From an uncultured Thermococci archaeon (GTDB taxonomy: Archaea; CAYQAE01; CAYVLA01), in assembly GCA_964549615.1 (NCBI GenBank), contig CAZJVP010000002.1, positions 1 to 52,546 of the forward strand: a DNA stretch of 52,546 nt, given 5' to 3'. Both the position numbers and the translations under genes were made by a program. Below, one piece after another: positions 27,547 to 37,521 of this stretch (positions within the stretch are counted from its first letter, which is position 1; every line of letters begins with the position of its first letter). Below the pieces are notes generated by a model. That model had not been told where the DNA came from, searched no databases, and worked only from the letters and a program-made list of their open reading frames with translations.

Positions 27547-28773
27547 ATGAGCAGCCCACAGACGGCGGGCGAGGTGGTAAGCTCCTGGTCGCCTGGCGGT
27601 CTGGACATCCACCACATCAACACGGGCCGGGGAGATTCCGGGCTCTGGATCATGCCGGACGGGACCTCGCTGCTCATCGACGCAGGGAACCTCCGCCCCG
27701 GCAACCCGCGCCACACACAGCCTAGGCCGGACGGTTCGCGGACGCCCGGCGAATGGATATCCAGATACGTTCGCCACATGCTCTCCAGTTTCAGAAGGGT
27801 TGTCCTTGACTACGTGATCGTCACTCACTTCCATGCCGACCATTTAGGCGAGGTCTGGGAAGATCAGAGGCTGTCCAGATCAGGCCGATTCAGGCTCACG
27901 GGCATCACCGAGGTCGGCGAGTCCATCCCCATTAGGAGGATAATCGACCCGGGCTGGCCTGACTACAACTACCCCATGCCGCTTGATGACCCGAGAGTCC
28001 AGAACTACCGGGCCTTCCTCGAATACTGCCGAGCCCGCGGCCGCCTTGAGGTCGAGAGGTTCCGTCCTGGGGTCAAGGACCAGATCGTGCCGCTGCGCAA
28101 GCCCCGCCGGTACCCAAGCTTCGAGATCCGCAACATCGCGGCCAACGGGGAGATCTGGACCGGCGTGGGCACGAGCACCAGATGCCTCTTCCCTCCCCTC
28201 GAGGGCCTCGACGCGAGCGACATCCCAACCCAGAACATGTGCAGCATCGCGCTTAGAGTGAGGTACGGCCGGTTCACTTACTTCTGCGGCGGCGACTTGA
28301 TCGGCGTGGCAAAAGAAGGGGTTGCGCCCCCGTTCCACGATGTCGAGACACCGGTCGGCCAGGTGGTCGGACCGGTCGACGTCAGCGTCGCCACCCACCA
28401 CGGCGACCTGACCGCCCAGAACGCCAACATGATCTCCTCCCTCCGCCCACGCGTCCACATCCTTCAAGTCTGGTCCGCCAGCCATCCCGCGCCAAGCGTT
28501 CTATGGCGGATGTTGTCCACGCGGCTCTACCCCGGCCCGCGGGACATATTCGCGACCAACATGAAGCAGGAGACCAGGATAGTCATCGGCCCAAACATCG
28601 AGAAACTCAAGAGCGACCAGGGACACATATTGGTCCGCGTGGAGCCGGGCGGCGACCGCTACTGGGTCATCGTCCTGGACGACTCCGCGGAGACTTACCA
28701 GGTAAAGTCCGTCCACGGGCCATACGAATCCAGATCGGGAGCCCCGTCGCCGGAGGAAGGCTTGGGTAGGTGA
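27547..28773 (+). CDS. Metallo-beta-lactamase-fold hydrolase (ComEC/Rec2-like MBL domain)
   Basis: LDIHHINTGRGDS, LLIDAG, THFHADH, GGDL, THHG. Confidence 0.85.
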   Translation: MSSPQTAGEVVSSWSPGGLDIHHINTGRGDSGLWIMPDGTSLLIDAGNLRPGNPRHTQPRPDGSRTPGEWISRYVRHMLSSFRRVVLDYVIVTHFHADHLGEVWEDQRLSRSGRFRLTGITEVGESIPIRRIIDPGWPDYNYPMPLDDPRVQNYRAFLEYCRARGRLEVERFRPGVKDQIVPLRKPRRYPSFEIRNIAANGEIWTGVGTSTRCLFPPLEGLDASDIPTQNMCSIALRVRYGRFTYFCGGDLIGVAKEGVAPPFHDVETPVGQVVGPVDVSVATHHGDLTAQNANMISSLRPRVHILQVWSASHPAPSVLWRMLSTRLYPGPRDIFATNMKQETRIVIGPNIEKLKSDQGHILVRVEPGGDRYWVIVLDDSAETYQVKSVHGPYESRSGAPSPEEGLGR

Positions 28774-28779
28774 GAGAGC

Positions 28780-29929
28780 ATGGGTGAACGCCGTGTCGTG
28801 GCGGGCTTCGGCCTGTTTGGAGGCCATCACTGCGAAACCAGCGCCGTGAAGAAGATCTTTGCCTACCACGACCTTCCGGTGTCAGAGGAGATGCTTTTCG
28901 GGCTGGCAGGAGGCATCGGCTTCATCTAGTGGCACATGAAACCCATGCCCGCGCCGCTCGTGAGCGGACGAGGAGGGGGGCGCTCCTTCATCGAGAACAT
29001 TGGCAGAAGAACGGGAAGCAAGCATCCGGGCTCGGAGAACGACGAGCCCCAAGAGCGGCCATGCCATGCTCATGGGTCGTCTGGCGCAGGGACTTCCCAC
29101 GGTCATCTACGCCGACATGGCCTACCTGCCATACAAGGGCGTGCCCGAGGATGCCCACTTCGGACAGCACGCCATGGTCGTCTACGGGGTGGACGAGGAT
29201 GCCCATACGGTCTACATCTCCGACCGGGCCAGGCGGGGCCTGACCGTCACGGTCGAAGAGCTCAAGCGCGCGAGGGCATCCGAGTTCCCACCCTGGCCAC
29301 CCCAGCATGCCCTCTTCGACATTCGGCTCCCGCAGAAGCTTGAGGTCACGCCGGAGATCGTCCGCGAGGCGCTTGGCAAGTGTGTGAAGGGGATGCTGAA
29401 TCCCCCATCAGCAACTTGGGGCTGCCCGGCATCCAGAAGTGGGCAGAGCTTATCCCGAAATGGCCCAGGATGTTCCCAGGCAAGGATCTCTGGATGGTCC
29501 TCATGAACGGGTTCATCCAAATAGAAACGGGAATACGGGCGGCAGTTCCTTTCGGCCGATGTTTGCACGATTCCTGGCTGAAGTGAGGCACGTGTTGGGC
29601 AAGCCGGGCCTGGGTGATGCCATCGCAAAGTACAAGGAGTCGGCTCGCATCTGGAGCAGGATCGCCGAGTCAATGCTTCCTGATGGCTGTCCGGGACTGC
29701 GCAGGGCCCGCGAGATCCTTTGGGAGAAAGATCGGGTGTTCTTGGCGTAGGAGCCGGGTGCTACCGACCGGTTGGCTAGGCTCAACCGGGAGCTTGACTC
29801 CATGCAGGACCAGATCGTGTCGGATCTGAAGCAGGCCCCTCGTTCCTCCTAGATGTGCAGAGCAGCGTCCTTCAATTGTACGAGGTTGAAAAGCGCGCAC
29901 TCAAGACTCTGCAGAAGGTACTCAGCTAG
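28780..29929 (+). pseudogene. BtrH-N/DUF4872 (papain-like fold) family pseudogene
   Basis: GHHCET..SEEMLFGLAGGIGFI* , DMAYLPY..HFGQHAMVVYGVD..YISD, NLGLPGIQKW, GTGG-like..FRPMFARFL. In-frame TAG at 28927 and 29748 plus several frameshifts. Confidence 0.75.
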
Positions 29930-30000
29930 TCCTCACAGAGACCGGCTTTCGTGCACCTTGGCTGTTGCCATCCCCAGGCACGACGGCAGATGGGACGTGT

Positions 30001-30753
30001 TCAGATTTCCTCTGCCCCATGCGCCTTGACCCACTTCTTCGTCCACTCAACCGTTTCCAGCCCGACATCCATGATCGACGAGCGAAGGAAGCACAGGCCA
30101 ACGCATTCACCCCTTCGCAGCAGATCCACTCCCGCGAGGACCTGCTTCTCCATCTCCCCCAAGGACAGCGGCCGATTGCCAGAGAAGTCGTAGAGGTAGA
30201 GGCCCAGAATCAGCGGCTTGCCGGCACTGATCTGGTTGCAGCGACCCACAGACTGCGGCAGCTGCTCAAGCTCCCGCCGATCCCAGACCCAGAAGCTGAC
30301 CCCGTCCGCGTGGCGCAGATATTGCCTGAGGTTGGGAATGTCCAGGCTCATGGAGTAGACAACGAGCCATAGCTGCATCGAGCCAAGCATGCATCGCCGC
30401 ATGCGGGCCAGCAGCTCAGGCTGAGCCCCCTTCCTGATCTCCGTCGTGCTGAAGTCATCCAGCAAGATCCCGACCACATTGGGATGGGCCCGGTGCAGCC
30501 TGGCGATGCGCTCAAGCGGCCTTTCAAACCCGAAGCCTTCTTCAAAGCTCATCTCCCAGAGGATTCTGCGGCACCGATGCACCGGCAGGTACTCGTCCTC
30601 GCTGGGAGGCAGCAGGCCGCACATCATGGCCTGATCCAGTCCAAGCTCGCCCAGCCCCTGTGCAACGGTCATCCGGGAGGTTGGGAACCCGTAGCCTTGA
30701 AGCGCGTTGGCCCGAGTCCCCCACAGCCAGAGCGCATCCCGGACAGCTGCCAT
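30001..30753 (-). CDS. Hypothetical TIM-barrel/glycoside-hydrolase-like protein
   Basis: 250 aa; NVVGILLDDF, GVSFWVW, ILGLYLYDF; starts 1 nt after the stop of the sialidase-like gene. Confidence 0.55.
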   Translation of the reverse strand: MAAVRDALWLWGTRANALQGYGFPTSRMTVAQGLGELGLDQAMMCGLLPPSEDEYLPVHRCRRILWEMSFEEGFGFERPLERIARLHRAHPNVVGILLDDFSTTEIRKGAQPELLARMRRCMLGSMQLWLVVYSMSLDIPNLRQYLRHADGVSFWVWDRRELEQLPQSVGRCNQISAGKPLILGLYLYDFSGNRPLSLGEMEKQVLAGVDLLRRGECVGLCFLRSSIMDVGLETVEWTKKWVKAHGAEEI

Positions 30754-30754
30754 C

Positions 30755-32395
30755 TCATCTATTCCTTCCTGCGGGAACGGGGCCGGCTTTGGTGATGCGG
30801 ATGAACTGAGCCCGCATCAGGCTTTCGAAGGAATCCCAGTAGACGTAGAGGATCGTGTTCGGCTCCACCTCCACCATGCTCCCCATGACCCAGATGGCCG
30901 AGTCTATCATGGTCCCCCCATCCCAGCTGCGGCCATCGTCCAGGCTCACGTGGATGGTGCACTCGGGCAGCCGGTGTGCCACGACGATCGCTCCGGATCT
31001 GGTCCGGGCGATGTTGGGGGCAGCATAGCCTGGAAAGGGCCCCCGCATGCAGGGCGTCCAAGTCAGCCCCCCATCCGACGACCAGGTCTCCCACATCCAT
31101 GGGGAGTAAATCGGCCTAGCCAGGGCCAGGATGCGTCCGTCGCCCGTCTGCACGGCCGATACCTCGGTCAGGTCCAGATTGCCGGCCACCCTCTGGCCCG
31201 AGCCGTCAACCGTGCCGTCGATGTTGACCCATGGCGACCAAGTCATGCCGCCGTCGGCGGATCTGCAACAGAAGGCCTGACAGTGGTGAGAACCCCAGGT
31301 GAAAATCGATGAGTCCGCAACGGTGGAAGAGTGGCCTCCGTAGGCGAACATGAGAAGCGAACCGTCGGCAAGGTTTAGCAAAGCCTGGGGCCCCAGGTGC
31401 AGCACCTTGATCCCGGGCGGGGAGGGCTGGATCCCCATGGGCCGAGGCCGGGACCATGTAAGACCCTCATCAGGGGTATCTGCGAGCATGTATCGGCCGT
31501 CCCTCCCTATGATAAGTCGCAGCTGGTCGTCAGGAAAGGCATGGATGACCGCGCTCTGCCATCCTTCGATGCCCTTGACCTCCAGGAGACGTGGCTCAGA
31601 CCAGTGCCTGCCTCCGTCCGTAGAGCGCACAAGAAGCGGGCCGATCTCCTTGGACACGGAATCGCGCCTCACATCATAGCTCAGGATAAGACCCCCAGAG
31701 GGGAGCCTGACCAGTTGCGCCGGAGCCTGCCAGATGCGTTGCTGTGGATGCGGACGAGGGTGGAACCAGTTCCTCCGGGGCAGGCGACGGCCGTTCCAGC
31801 GCTGCGATAAAGATGGCCTGCCGTCGATTCCAAGTCCACGGATCCCGGCGCCGCCAAACAGGTAGAGGCCCATTCTTCCGCGTCTGGGCATCGAGGGGTC
31901 CGAGGCCCGGAAGAGGCCCGTGTCCTGCAACCGGACGGCCAGGCGACGGCCCGTGACCTCCACCTCCGCATCCAGCCATCCGAATGGAGTGCTCGGGACG
32001 CGGCGCACCAGCTCCAGGTTCACCGACCGAAGGTAGCCGTCCGACCCCATGCGGGAAAAGGCCGCCCAGAAGTTCTGGGCCCGGCTCGCCTGCCCGCAGT
32101 TGGGGAAATGCAGGAGATGGAAGTGGGTCGGATCCTGCGCCCTGAGTATGATGCCTGCGTCGGAATGCGGCGTGAGCCTGAACTGGAAACGAGCCCGGAA
32201 ATCCCCCAAGACCATGGTCCTGAGGAACGCGTAATGGTGTCCCTGCATCGCGGGCCCGTCACGCCGGACAAGCGACTCCGGCACCTGAAGGGAGCCATCC
32301 GGGCCGTCTTGCCACGTGCCGTTCACGAACTGCCAGTCCGTTGGGTCGCCGACACGAATCAGCCTCATACGCGGAACAGCCACAGGATTCACCAT
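30755..32395 (-). CDS. Sialidase/BNR (Asp-box) beta-propeller with N-terminal lectin-like domain
   Basis: Asp-boxes STDGGRHW, TPDEGLTW, SADGGMTW, SSDGGLTW, SLDDGRSW; N-terminal beta-sandwich (FRARFQFR..SDAGII). Confidence 0.8.
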   Translation of the reverse strand: MVNPVAVPRMRLIRVGDPTDWQFVNGTWQDGPDGSLQVPESLVRRDGPAMQGHHYAFLRTMVLGDFRARFQFRLTPHSDAGIILRAQDPTHFHLLHFPNCGQASRAQNFWAAFSRMGSDGYLRSVNLELVRRVPSTPFGWLDAEVEVTGRRLAVRLQDTGLFRASDPSMPRRGRMGLYLFGGAGIRGLGIDGRPSLSQRWNGRRLPRRNWFHPRPHPQQRIWQAPAQLVRLPSGGLILSYDVRRDSVSKEIGPLLVRSTDGGRHWSEPRLLEVKGIEGWQSAVIHAFPDDQLRLIIGRDGRYMLADTPDEGLTWSRPRPMGIQPSPPGIKVLHLGPQALLNLADGSLLMFAYGGHSSTVADSSIFTWGSHHCQAFCCRSADGGMTWSPWVNIDGTVDGSGQRVAGNLDLTEVSAVQTGDGRILALARPIYSPWMWETWSSDGGLTWTPCMRGPFPGYAAPNIARTRSGAIVVAHRLPECTIHVSLDDGRSWDGGTMIDSAIWVMGSMVEVEPNTILYVYWDSFESLMRAQFIRITKAGPVPAGRNR

Positions 32396-32448
32396 CTGTA
32401 GAGGATCTTCAGGAACAAATCGCCACCACGATGTTCGTTCGCCAGATG

Positions 32449-32850
32449 TCAGATAACTACGGTGGCGACCCCCTCGCTGGCAGCGACGCGCGCTTGCCTC
32501 TCGTCCGACGTAAGCAGCCGCAACCCCAATCTCTTTGCCAACGCTATGTAAAGCGAGTCATAGATGTTTGCGTTTCGCCTGAGGGATATTGCGATCGCTT
32601 CATCCAAGTAGGCGAGCTCCCCTTCCATCTTGATGGCCCCTGCAAGCAAACCTTTCAAAGCTTTGAGCATGACTTTAACTTGTTCCTGAGATGTGCCACC
32701 CGCCCTGTGCCTCTTCAGCACGGCGCTGGCAGCCTCCTTCGCAATCTGATCGATTGACACGACCCCGGCCTTCAGATGTTCAGCTACCTCCAGCCACCCC
32801 TCCTCCTTCAGGAGGAACTTTGCCAAGACTGATGCATCAATGGCTATCAC
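32449..32850 (-). CDS. vapC: VapC-like PIN toxin
   Basis: IAIDASVLAK..KE..NIYDSLYIALA..LLTSD. Confidence 0.9.
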   Translation of the reverse strand: MIAIDASVLAKFLLKEEGWLEVAEHLKAGVVSIDQIAKEAASAVLKRHRAGGTSQEQVKVMLKALKGLLAGAIKMEGELAYLDEAIAISLRRNANIYDSLYIALAKRLGLRLLTSDERQARVAASEGVATVVI

Positions 32851-33055
32851 GATCTTCGCTCACCAACTTCCTTGCCGTTCCCTTGGGGGCCGGGGGCACC
32901 GAATCGAGAAGCCTCGTGGCCTCTTCGACTGCCTTCGCTCTCTCGAGCTCCTCGATTCTGGAGATCAACATCCTCCTGATCTCCTCCGGCCAATCGACAC
33001 GATCGGAGTAGGCCTTCATCTTCTCCCTTACCCAGGAGGGCACCTTCACGCTCAC
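32837..33055 (-). CDS. vapB: VapB-like RHH antitoxin
   Basis: SVKVPSWVREKM..VDWPEEIRRML..LVSEDRD; overlaps the PIN start. Confidence 0.8.
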   Translation of the reverse strand: MSVKVPSWVREKMKAYSDRVDWPEEIRRMLISRIEELERAKAVEEATRLLDSVPPAPKGTARKLVSEDRDSH

Positions 33056-33080
33056 TACGGACAGGGTACCACCTGGAGAC

Positions 33081-33121
33081 GGTTGGGTAAACTCGCTGAT
33101 AAACCTGTCGGTTTACCGACC
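33081..33121 (-). promoter_or_regulatory. vapBC promoter with inverted repeat flanking the TATA box
   Basis: GGTAAAC (33086-33092) and GTTTACC (33111-33117), extendable with mismatches, flank minus-strand TTTAT (33099-33103). Confidence 0.5.
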
Positions 33122-33194
33122 GGTCCGCGGGCGGATTTGCTAGGCAGGCCTGACAGAGGGCAAAACGCTTTAGGCTGAACGGCGAGCAAGATAC

Positions 33195-34166
33195 ATGTTC
33201 AAGATCGACAAGAGGCCGTTCGGCAAGCACACCGAGTACGTCATCACGAACGCAACGACCAGAGAGTCCGCATCGATCGTCGATGTGGGGGCGAATACGA
33301 GGGAACTGGTCCTCAAGGCAAAGGACTCCGACTCCCCGCCATTCTCAGTAATGCTTGGCTACCAAACGCCCGAGGACCTGGAGGAGGGCCGATGGTCAAG
33401 GGGGATCAAGATGATCCCCTTTCCGAACAGGATAGAAGACGGGAGGTACGCGTTTGGCGGTAGGACGTACAGCCTGCCGATAAACTTCCCCTCGCAGAAC
33501 CATGCGATACATGGGCTCCTCAGCAAGGAGGTGATGCGTCTGGTTGGATCGGAGGAGGGGAGGGATGAAGGATCCGTCACGCTGGACTATGATTTCACCG
33601 GCAAGTTCGACGGATACCCCTTCGGCCTGCATGTGGCCGTCAAGCACATCCTGAATGACGACGGCTTCACCGTCGAAACGGCGGCGGAGAACATCGGAGA
33701 AGAGCCCCTCCCCTTCGGGGATGGTTGGCACCCTTACTTCAGATTCGACGGAAGGTCCGACGTTGACAACTGGGGGCTCAAGGTTCCTGCCAAGCACCGG
33801 GTGAAGATGAACGCCCGGCTCATACCGACCGGCGACGTCCTCCCCGTTAAGGGCACCCAGTTCGACTTCCTACAGGAGAGGAGGATCGGGTCGATGACCC
33901 TTGATGACGTCTTCACCGGCCTTAAGAGAAGGAGGGGGCTGTCCGTGACAGAGCTAACGAACCCGGAGCTGGACGTGGTGCTGGAGGTCTGGCAGGATGC
34001 CGCGTACAACTACCTTGTCATCTTCACCCCGCCCGGCGAGAACCGGAATTGCATCGCAATAGAGCCCATGACCTGCAACACCAACGCCTTCAACAACGGG
34101 CAGGGGCTCATAGTCCTGAAGCCCCGCGACAAGTTCCACGGCCGCTACGGCGTCAGGCTGAGGTAG
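33195..34166 (+). CDS. Aldose 1-epimerase (mutarotase) family
   Basis: PFPNRI, HAIHG, GYPF, GWHPYF, LDDVF, AIEPMT. Confidence 0.92.
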   Translation: MFKIDKRPFGKHTEYVITNATTRESASIVDVGANTRELVLKAKDSDSPPFSVMLGYQTPEDLEEGRWSRGIKMIPFPNRIEDGRYAFGGRTYSLPINFPSQNHAIHGLLSKEVMRLVGSEEGRDEGSVTLDYDFTGKFDGYPFGLHVAVKHILNDDGFTVETAAENIGEEPLPFGDGWHPYFRFDGRSDVDNWGLKVPAKHRVKMNARLIPTGDVLPVKGTQFDFLQERRIGSMTLDDVFTGLKRRRGLSVTELTNPELDVVLEVWQDAAYNYLVIFTPPGENRNCIAIEPMTCNTNAFNNGQGLIVLKPRDKFHGRYGVRLR

Positions 34167-34211
34167 CCCCTCTCGGGAGGCGAACATGGCCCCCGACAGG
34201 CACCGAGATCG

Positions 34212-34907
34212 ATGACACCAAACCTTTATGAGCCCGCACCGGACCGTCCAGGCGGCGAGGAGCACACATTGGCACACGAGGACATACGTGAGATCCTTGC
34301 AGGGAAATGGGACGACGGCACACGGCCCAAGGACGTCTATGGGCTTTTCGTGTCCAAGGACCCCAAGGCCTACATCCCGGTGCTGATTGAGGGATTGGGA
34401 TCGGATGCAGCCAGGGTCCGGAACGGTTGCGCGGAGGTCGTCTCGCTTCTCTCAGAGGATTCCCCGGAGCTCCTGTACCCGTACGCCGAGCTGTTCCTGG
34501 CCAACCTCGATTCCCGCGACAAGGTGGTTCGCTGGGAGGCCGTGTGCACGCTTGGCAATCTCGCACCCGTGGACCGGGACCGCAAGATCGTGCCGGCCAT
34601 CGAAAGGATCGCAAGGAACCTTGGGGATGAGAGCATAGTACTCCAGGGACACTCCGTGCGGGCGTTAGGCAAGATCGCTAAGGCAAACCCCGACAAGGCC
34701 CCCGCGATCCTTGACGCGCTGCTGGGCTCCACCAGGTTCTTCCCGGGCAACCGACTCGGCTACATAGTCGAGGCGATGGAGTACTTTTTCGGCATCGAGG
34801 CCGTCGCCCCGCGCGTGCGGGACTTCGTCGAGCGGCAGACGCACAGCGATGAGGGGGTCGTGGCCAGCAAGGCCCGGAAGATGCTCAAACGTATCCAGCG
34901 GATGTAG
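34212..34907 (+). CDS. HEAT-repeat protein
   Basis: Repeats such as LIEGL..DAARVR, LDSRDKVVRWEAVCTLGNL, HSVRALGKIA. Confidence 0.7.
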   Translation: MTPNLYEPAPDRPGGEEHTLAHEDIREILAGKWDDGTRPKDVYGLFVSKDPKAYIPVLIEGLGSDAARVRNGCAEVVSLLSEDSPELLYPYAELFLANLDSRDKVVRWEAVCTLGNLAPVDRDRKIVPAIERIARNLGDESIVLQGHSVRALGKIAKANPDKAPAILDALLGSTRFFPGNRLGYIVEAMEYFFGIEAVAPRVRDFVERQTHSDEGVVASKARKMLKRIQRM

Positions 34908-34990
34908 CCGGAAACGCGGACTGCCACCTACTGCCCTCGGAGAGCGACAGCAAGCACTCACTTAAGAGGCGTGCTCGAAAACGGCCCAAC

Positions 34991-36463
34991 ATGCCATTCG
35001 GGTCGTTCAACCGCAGGCTCGAACTTCTGCCGAAGGATCGCGTCCAGATGATCAAGCAGGCCGCGCTCGACCTACTCGAGAAGGTGGGTTTCGCCTTCAG
35101 GCACCCGCGGGCCCTCGCATTGCTTGAGGAACACGGGGCATCGGTCGACCGCAAGACGGAGGTTGCCCGCATCCCGCGGGAACTGGTCCTAGAGTGCCTC
35201 TCCAAAGTGCCGAAGGAGTACGCCGTCAGCTCCGCCGAGGGGAACGAAGCAAGGTTCGGGGACGGCAGTCTGAAGGCAGTCATGTGCCTGGAGAGGCATC
35301 TGGTGGACTACAAGACGATGTCCAGACGACCCGGAACGACCGAGGACTGCATCAGGTCGATCGCCCTCGGCAACGCGCTGCAGAACATCGGGCTCGTATC
35401 GCCCTTCGTGGTTCCCAGCGACGTTCCGCTTCAGGTGGCCGACGTGAGAGGATACAAGCTCGTGTTCACCTACTCGCGCAAGCCGGGCTACGCATGGATT
35501 TACACCCACGCCTCATCCAGGTACATCATCGAGATGGCGAAGGCTGTGGCCGGAGGGGAAGAGGAGCTCAGGAAGAGGAAGATGGTGGGCTACGGTGCCG
35601 AGCCGACCAGCCCGCTGCAGCTCTCCCACCACGCGCTGGAGATCATGTTCGAGATGGCCCGGCATGGCCTGCCCATATCGGCCTCGGGCTCGATGACCCT
35701 GCTCGGCGGCACAAGCCCGATCACCCCCGCGGCAGGGGTAACCCTGCACACTGCCGAGACCTTGGCCGGAATAGTGCTCGTCAACCTCATCGATCCGGAG
35801 GCGCCGGCCAGCTTTTCCACCTCGGTGCACGTGCTGGACCAGAGGACGCTGCTCTGCTCGTTCGGGGCGCCGGAGAACATACTCTCTTCGCTGGCCGGGA
35901 TCCAGGTGGCAAGGGAGCTTGGCCTTTCATGCAACGCAAACGTCGTATTGTCCGACTCCAACATCCCGGATTTCCAGTGCGGCTTCGAGAAAGCCATGGG
36001 GGTGGGCTTGGCAATTGCGGCGGGGGCGGAGGGAATCGGGCACCAAGGGATAGTGGGTGCCGATCAGGGTGCGAGCTTCAACCAGCTCGTGATAGACGAC
36101 GAGTGGCTCGGCTACGCCAACAGGCTGTTCAGCGGCATGCAGGTCGATGAGGAGTCGATCGCCCTTGAGGTCATGGAGAAGGTGGGAGTCGGCGGCAGCT
36201 TCCTGAGGCAGCCGCATACCCTGCGGAACCTGCGCTCACAGACGTGGTACCCGCGCCTCTTCAACAGGAACGACTGGGCAAGCTGGGTGAGGAGGGGACA
36301 TTCTGATGTGCTCGACGCTTCCGCCACCCTCTTGGACAGCTTGCTCAAGGAGAACTATCCCCCTGCGAAGGTCATAGACCGGGATACGGCGATGGAGCTT
36401 GCGAGGATAGAGAAGCGGGCTGCCAGGGAGCTCGCGAGGACCCCCGCCCCGGCCCTGACCTGA
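34991..36463 (+). CDS. Trimethylamine methyltransferase (MttB) superfamily, non-pyrrolysine member
   Basis: LEKVG, EPTSPL, GGTSPIT..AETLAG, FGAPE, SDSNIPDFQCGFEK, QLVIDDE, FLRQPHT; no in-frame TAG; CTTAAG box 25 nt upstream. Confidence 0.9.
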   Translation: MPFGSFNRRLELLPKDRVQMIKQAALDLLEKVGFAFRHPRALALLEEHGASVDRKTEVARIPRELVLECLSKVPKEYAVSSAEGNEARFGDGSLKAVMCLERHLVDYKTMSRRPGTTEDCIRSIALGNALQNIGLVSPFVVPSDVPLQVADVRGYKLVFTYSRKPGYAWIYTHASSRYIIEMAKAVAGGEEELRKRKMVGYGAEPTSPLQLSHHALEIMFEMARHGLPISASGSMTLLGGTSPITPAAGVTLHTAETLAGIVLVNLIDPEAPASFSTSVHVLDQRTLLCSFGAPENILSSLAGIQVARELGLSCNANVVLSDSNIPDFQCGFEKAMGVGLAIAAGAEGIGHQGIVGADQGASFNQLVIDDEWLGYANRLFSGMQVDEESIALEVMEKVGVGGSFLRQPHTLRNLRSQTWYPRLFNRNDWASWVRRGHSDVLDASATLLDSLLKENYPPAKVIDRDTAMELARIEKRAARELARTPAPALT

Positions 36464-36663
36464 GCCCCACGCAATGTCCGCACAGGTGATTTCGGCCCCT
36501 GTTAAAAGGTCCATCTTTCGGGGCGCCCAGCTTCGCCCAGGCCCTGCGCAGGCCCGCAGACAGGTTTGTGCTGCCCCGTTCCTCGCACAAACACTATGGG
36601 GCCTGATTGCGCTCCCCCCGTTTCCTTCTGAGGGGAGCCGAGAAGTGACGCGAGGGCATTGAA

Positions 36664-37461
36664 TTGAGGGAATCCCTGCCCATAGCAGGTGAGACTGAGT
36701 TCGTCGTGATCAGGGGAGACGCATCGGGATTCATAGCTCCCGCGGCCTCAGCCCGGAAGGTGGCCCTCGACATGACCGACGAATCAGGCGTAAACGTTTT
36801 CAGCGCCATTTCGACGCTCATGCCGGTGCAGGCAATGGTCATCCAACGCGCGCAGGTGAAGAACCCTTGGCGCTCAGAGCACCCGACCGAGTTCTCCGAA
36901 CTTGAGCAGGAGGTCGTCCGGCTTGCCAAGAGCGGCGAGCCCCAGAAGGTGATCGAGTACCGCCCGGTGGTCCGCGAGTACTGGGCGCCGTTCAACTATC
37001 CCAACGTCCGGGTGGAACTGGGCCGAACGGACCCCTACGTCGGAGCGGAGTTCAACATGGACGGGGTCGAGCTCGATGTGCCGCCCTATGGAGCAATAAC
37101 CGTGGTTGAGGAGGAGCCGATCGTCGGCGTGACGGTGATAGGCAGTGCATGCTGCCCGCCGGGCTTCGTCATTCTGTGGGCCGAGCCGATGGAATGGAAG
37201 TACCCGCGGTCGGGGGTCAAGATGAGGATCGATAACCTTTTGGGGGAACACATGCGCATAGAGCCCTGGAAGAAGGGCCTTGATGAGGCGTACCGGGACG
37301 CCGGGATGAGCTGCGCCGTCTTCGAGCTCCCCGAATCGAGGAAGGTGACCATCATGGCGGGGAGCCAGATGAACATAGACGAGCGCGACATCGAGAACAT
37401 GCGCCACGACGCACACTACTGCATCCGGATCATCCGGGTCACCGTGAAGCGCGACCTCTGA
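36664..37461 (+). CDS. Hypothetical protein
   Basis: 265-aa ORF with protein-like composition; no family recognised. Confidence 0.6.
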   Translation: MRESLPIAGETEFVVIRGDASGFIAPAASARKVALDMTDESGVNVFSAISTLMPVQAMVIQRAQVKNPWRSEHPTEFSELEQEVVRLAKSGEPQKVIEYRPVVREYWAPFNYPNVRVELGRTDPYVGAEFNMDGVELDVPPYGAITVVEEEPIVGVTVIGSACCPPGFVILWAEPMEWKYPRSGVKMRIDNLLGEHMRIEPWKKGLDEAYRDAGMSCAVFELPESRKVTIMAGSQMNIDERDIENMRHDAHYCIRIIRVTVKRDL

Positions 37462-37521
37462 CCCCTCGTTTTCGGGGCAACCCCGGATCGCCCGTTGGGA
37501 CATTCGATGAGGGTGTCGGCC

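Noticed and set aside
28927-29750. In-frame TAG codons as pyrrolysine or amber recoding, given a nearby MttB
   Set aside because: The same gene also has frameshifts, many intact genes end cleanly in TAG (e.g. 4047, 11078, 34166, 40898), and the MttB has no amber codon.
33082-33092. 11-bp match (GTTGGGTAAAC) to the MITE TIR
   Set aside because: Lacks the TGT terminus and the rest of the TIR, has no TSD, and is better explained as a vapB operator half-site.
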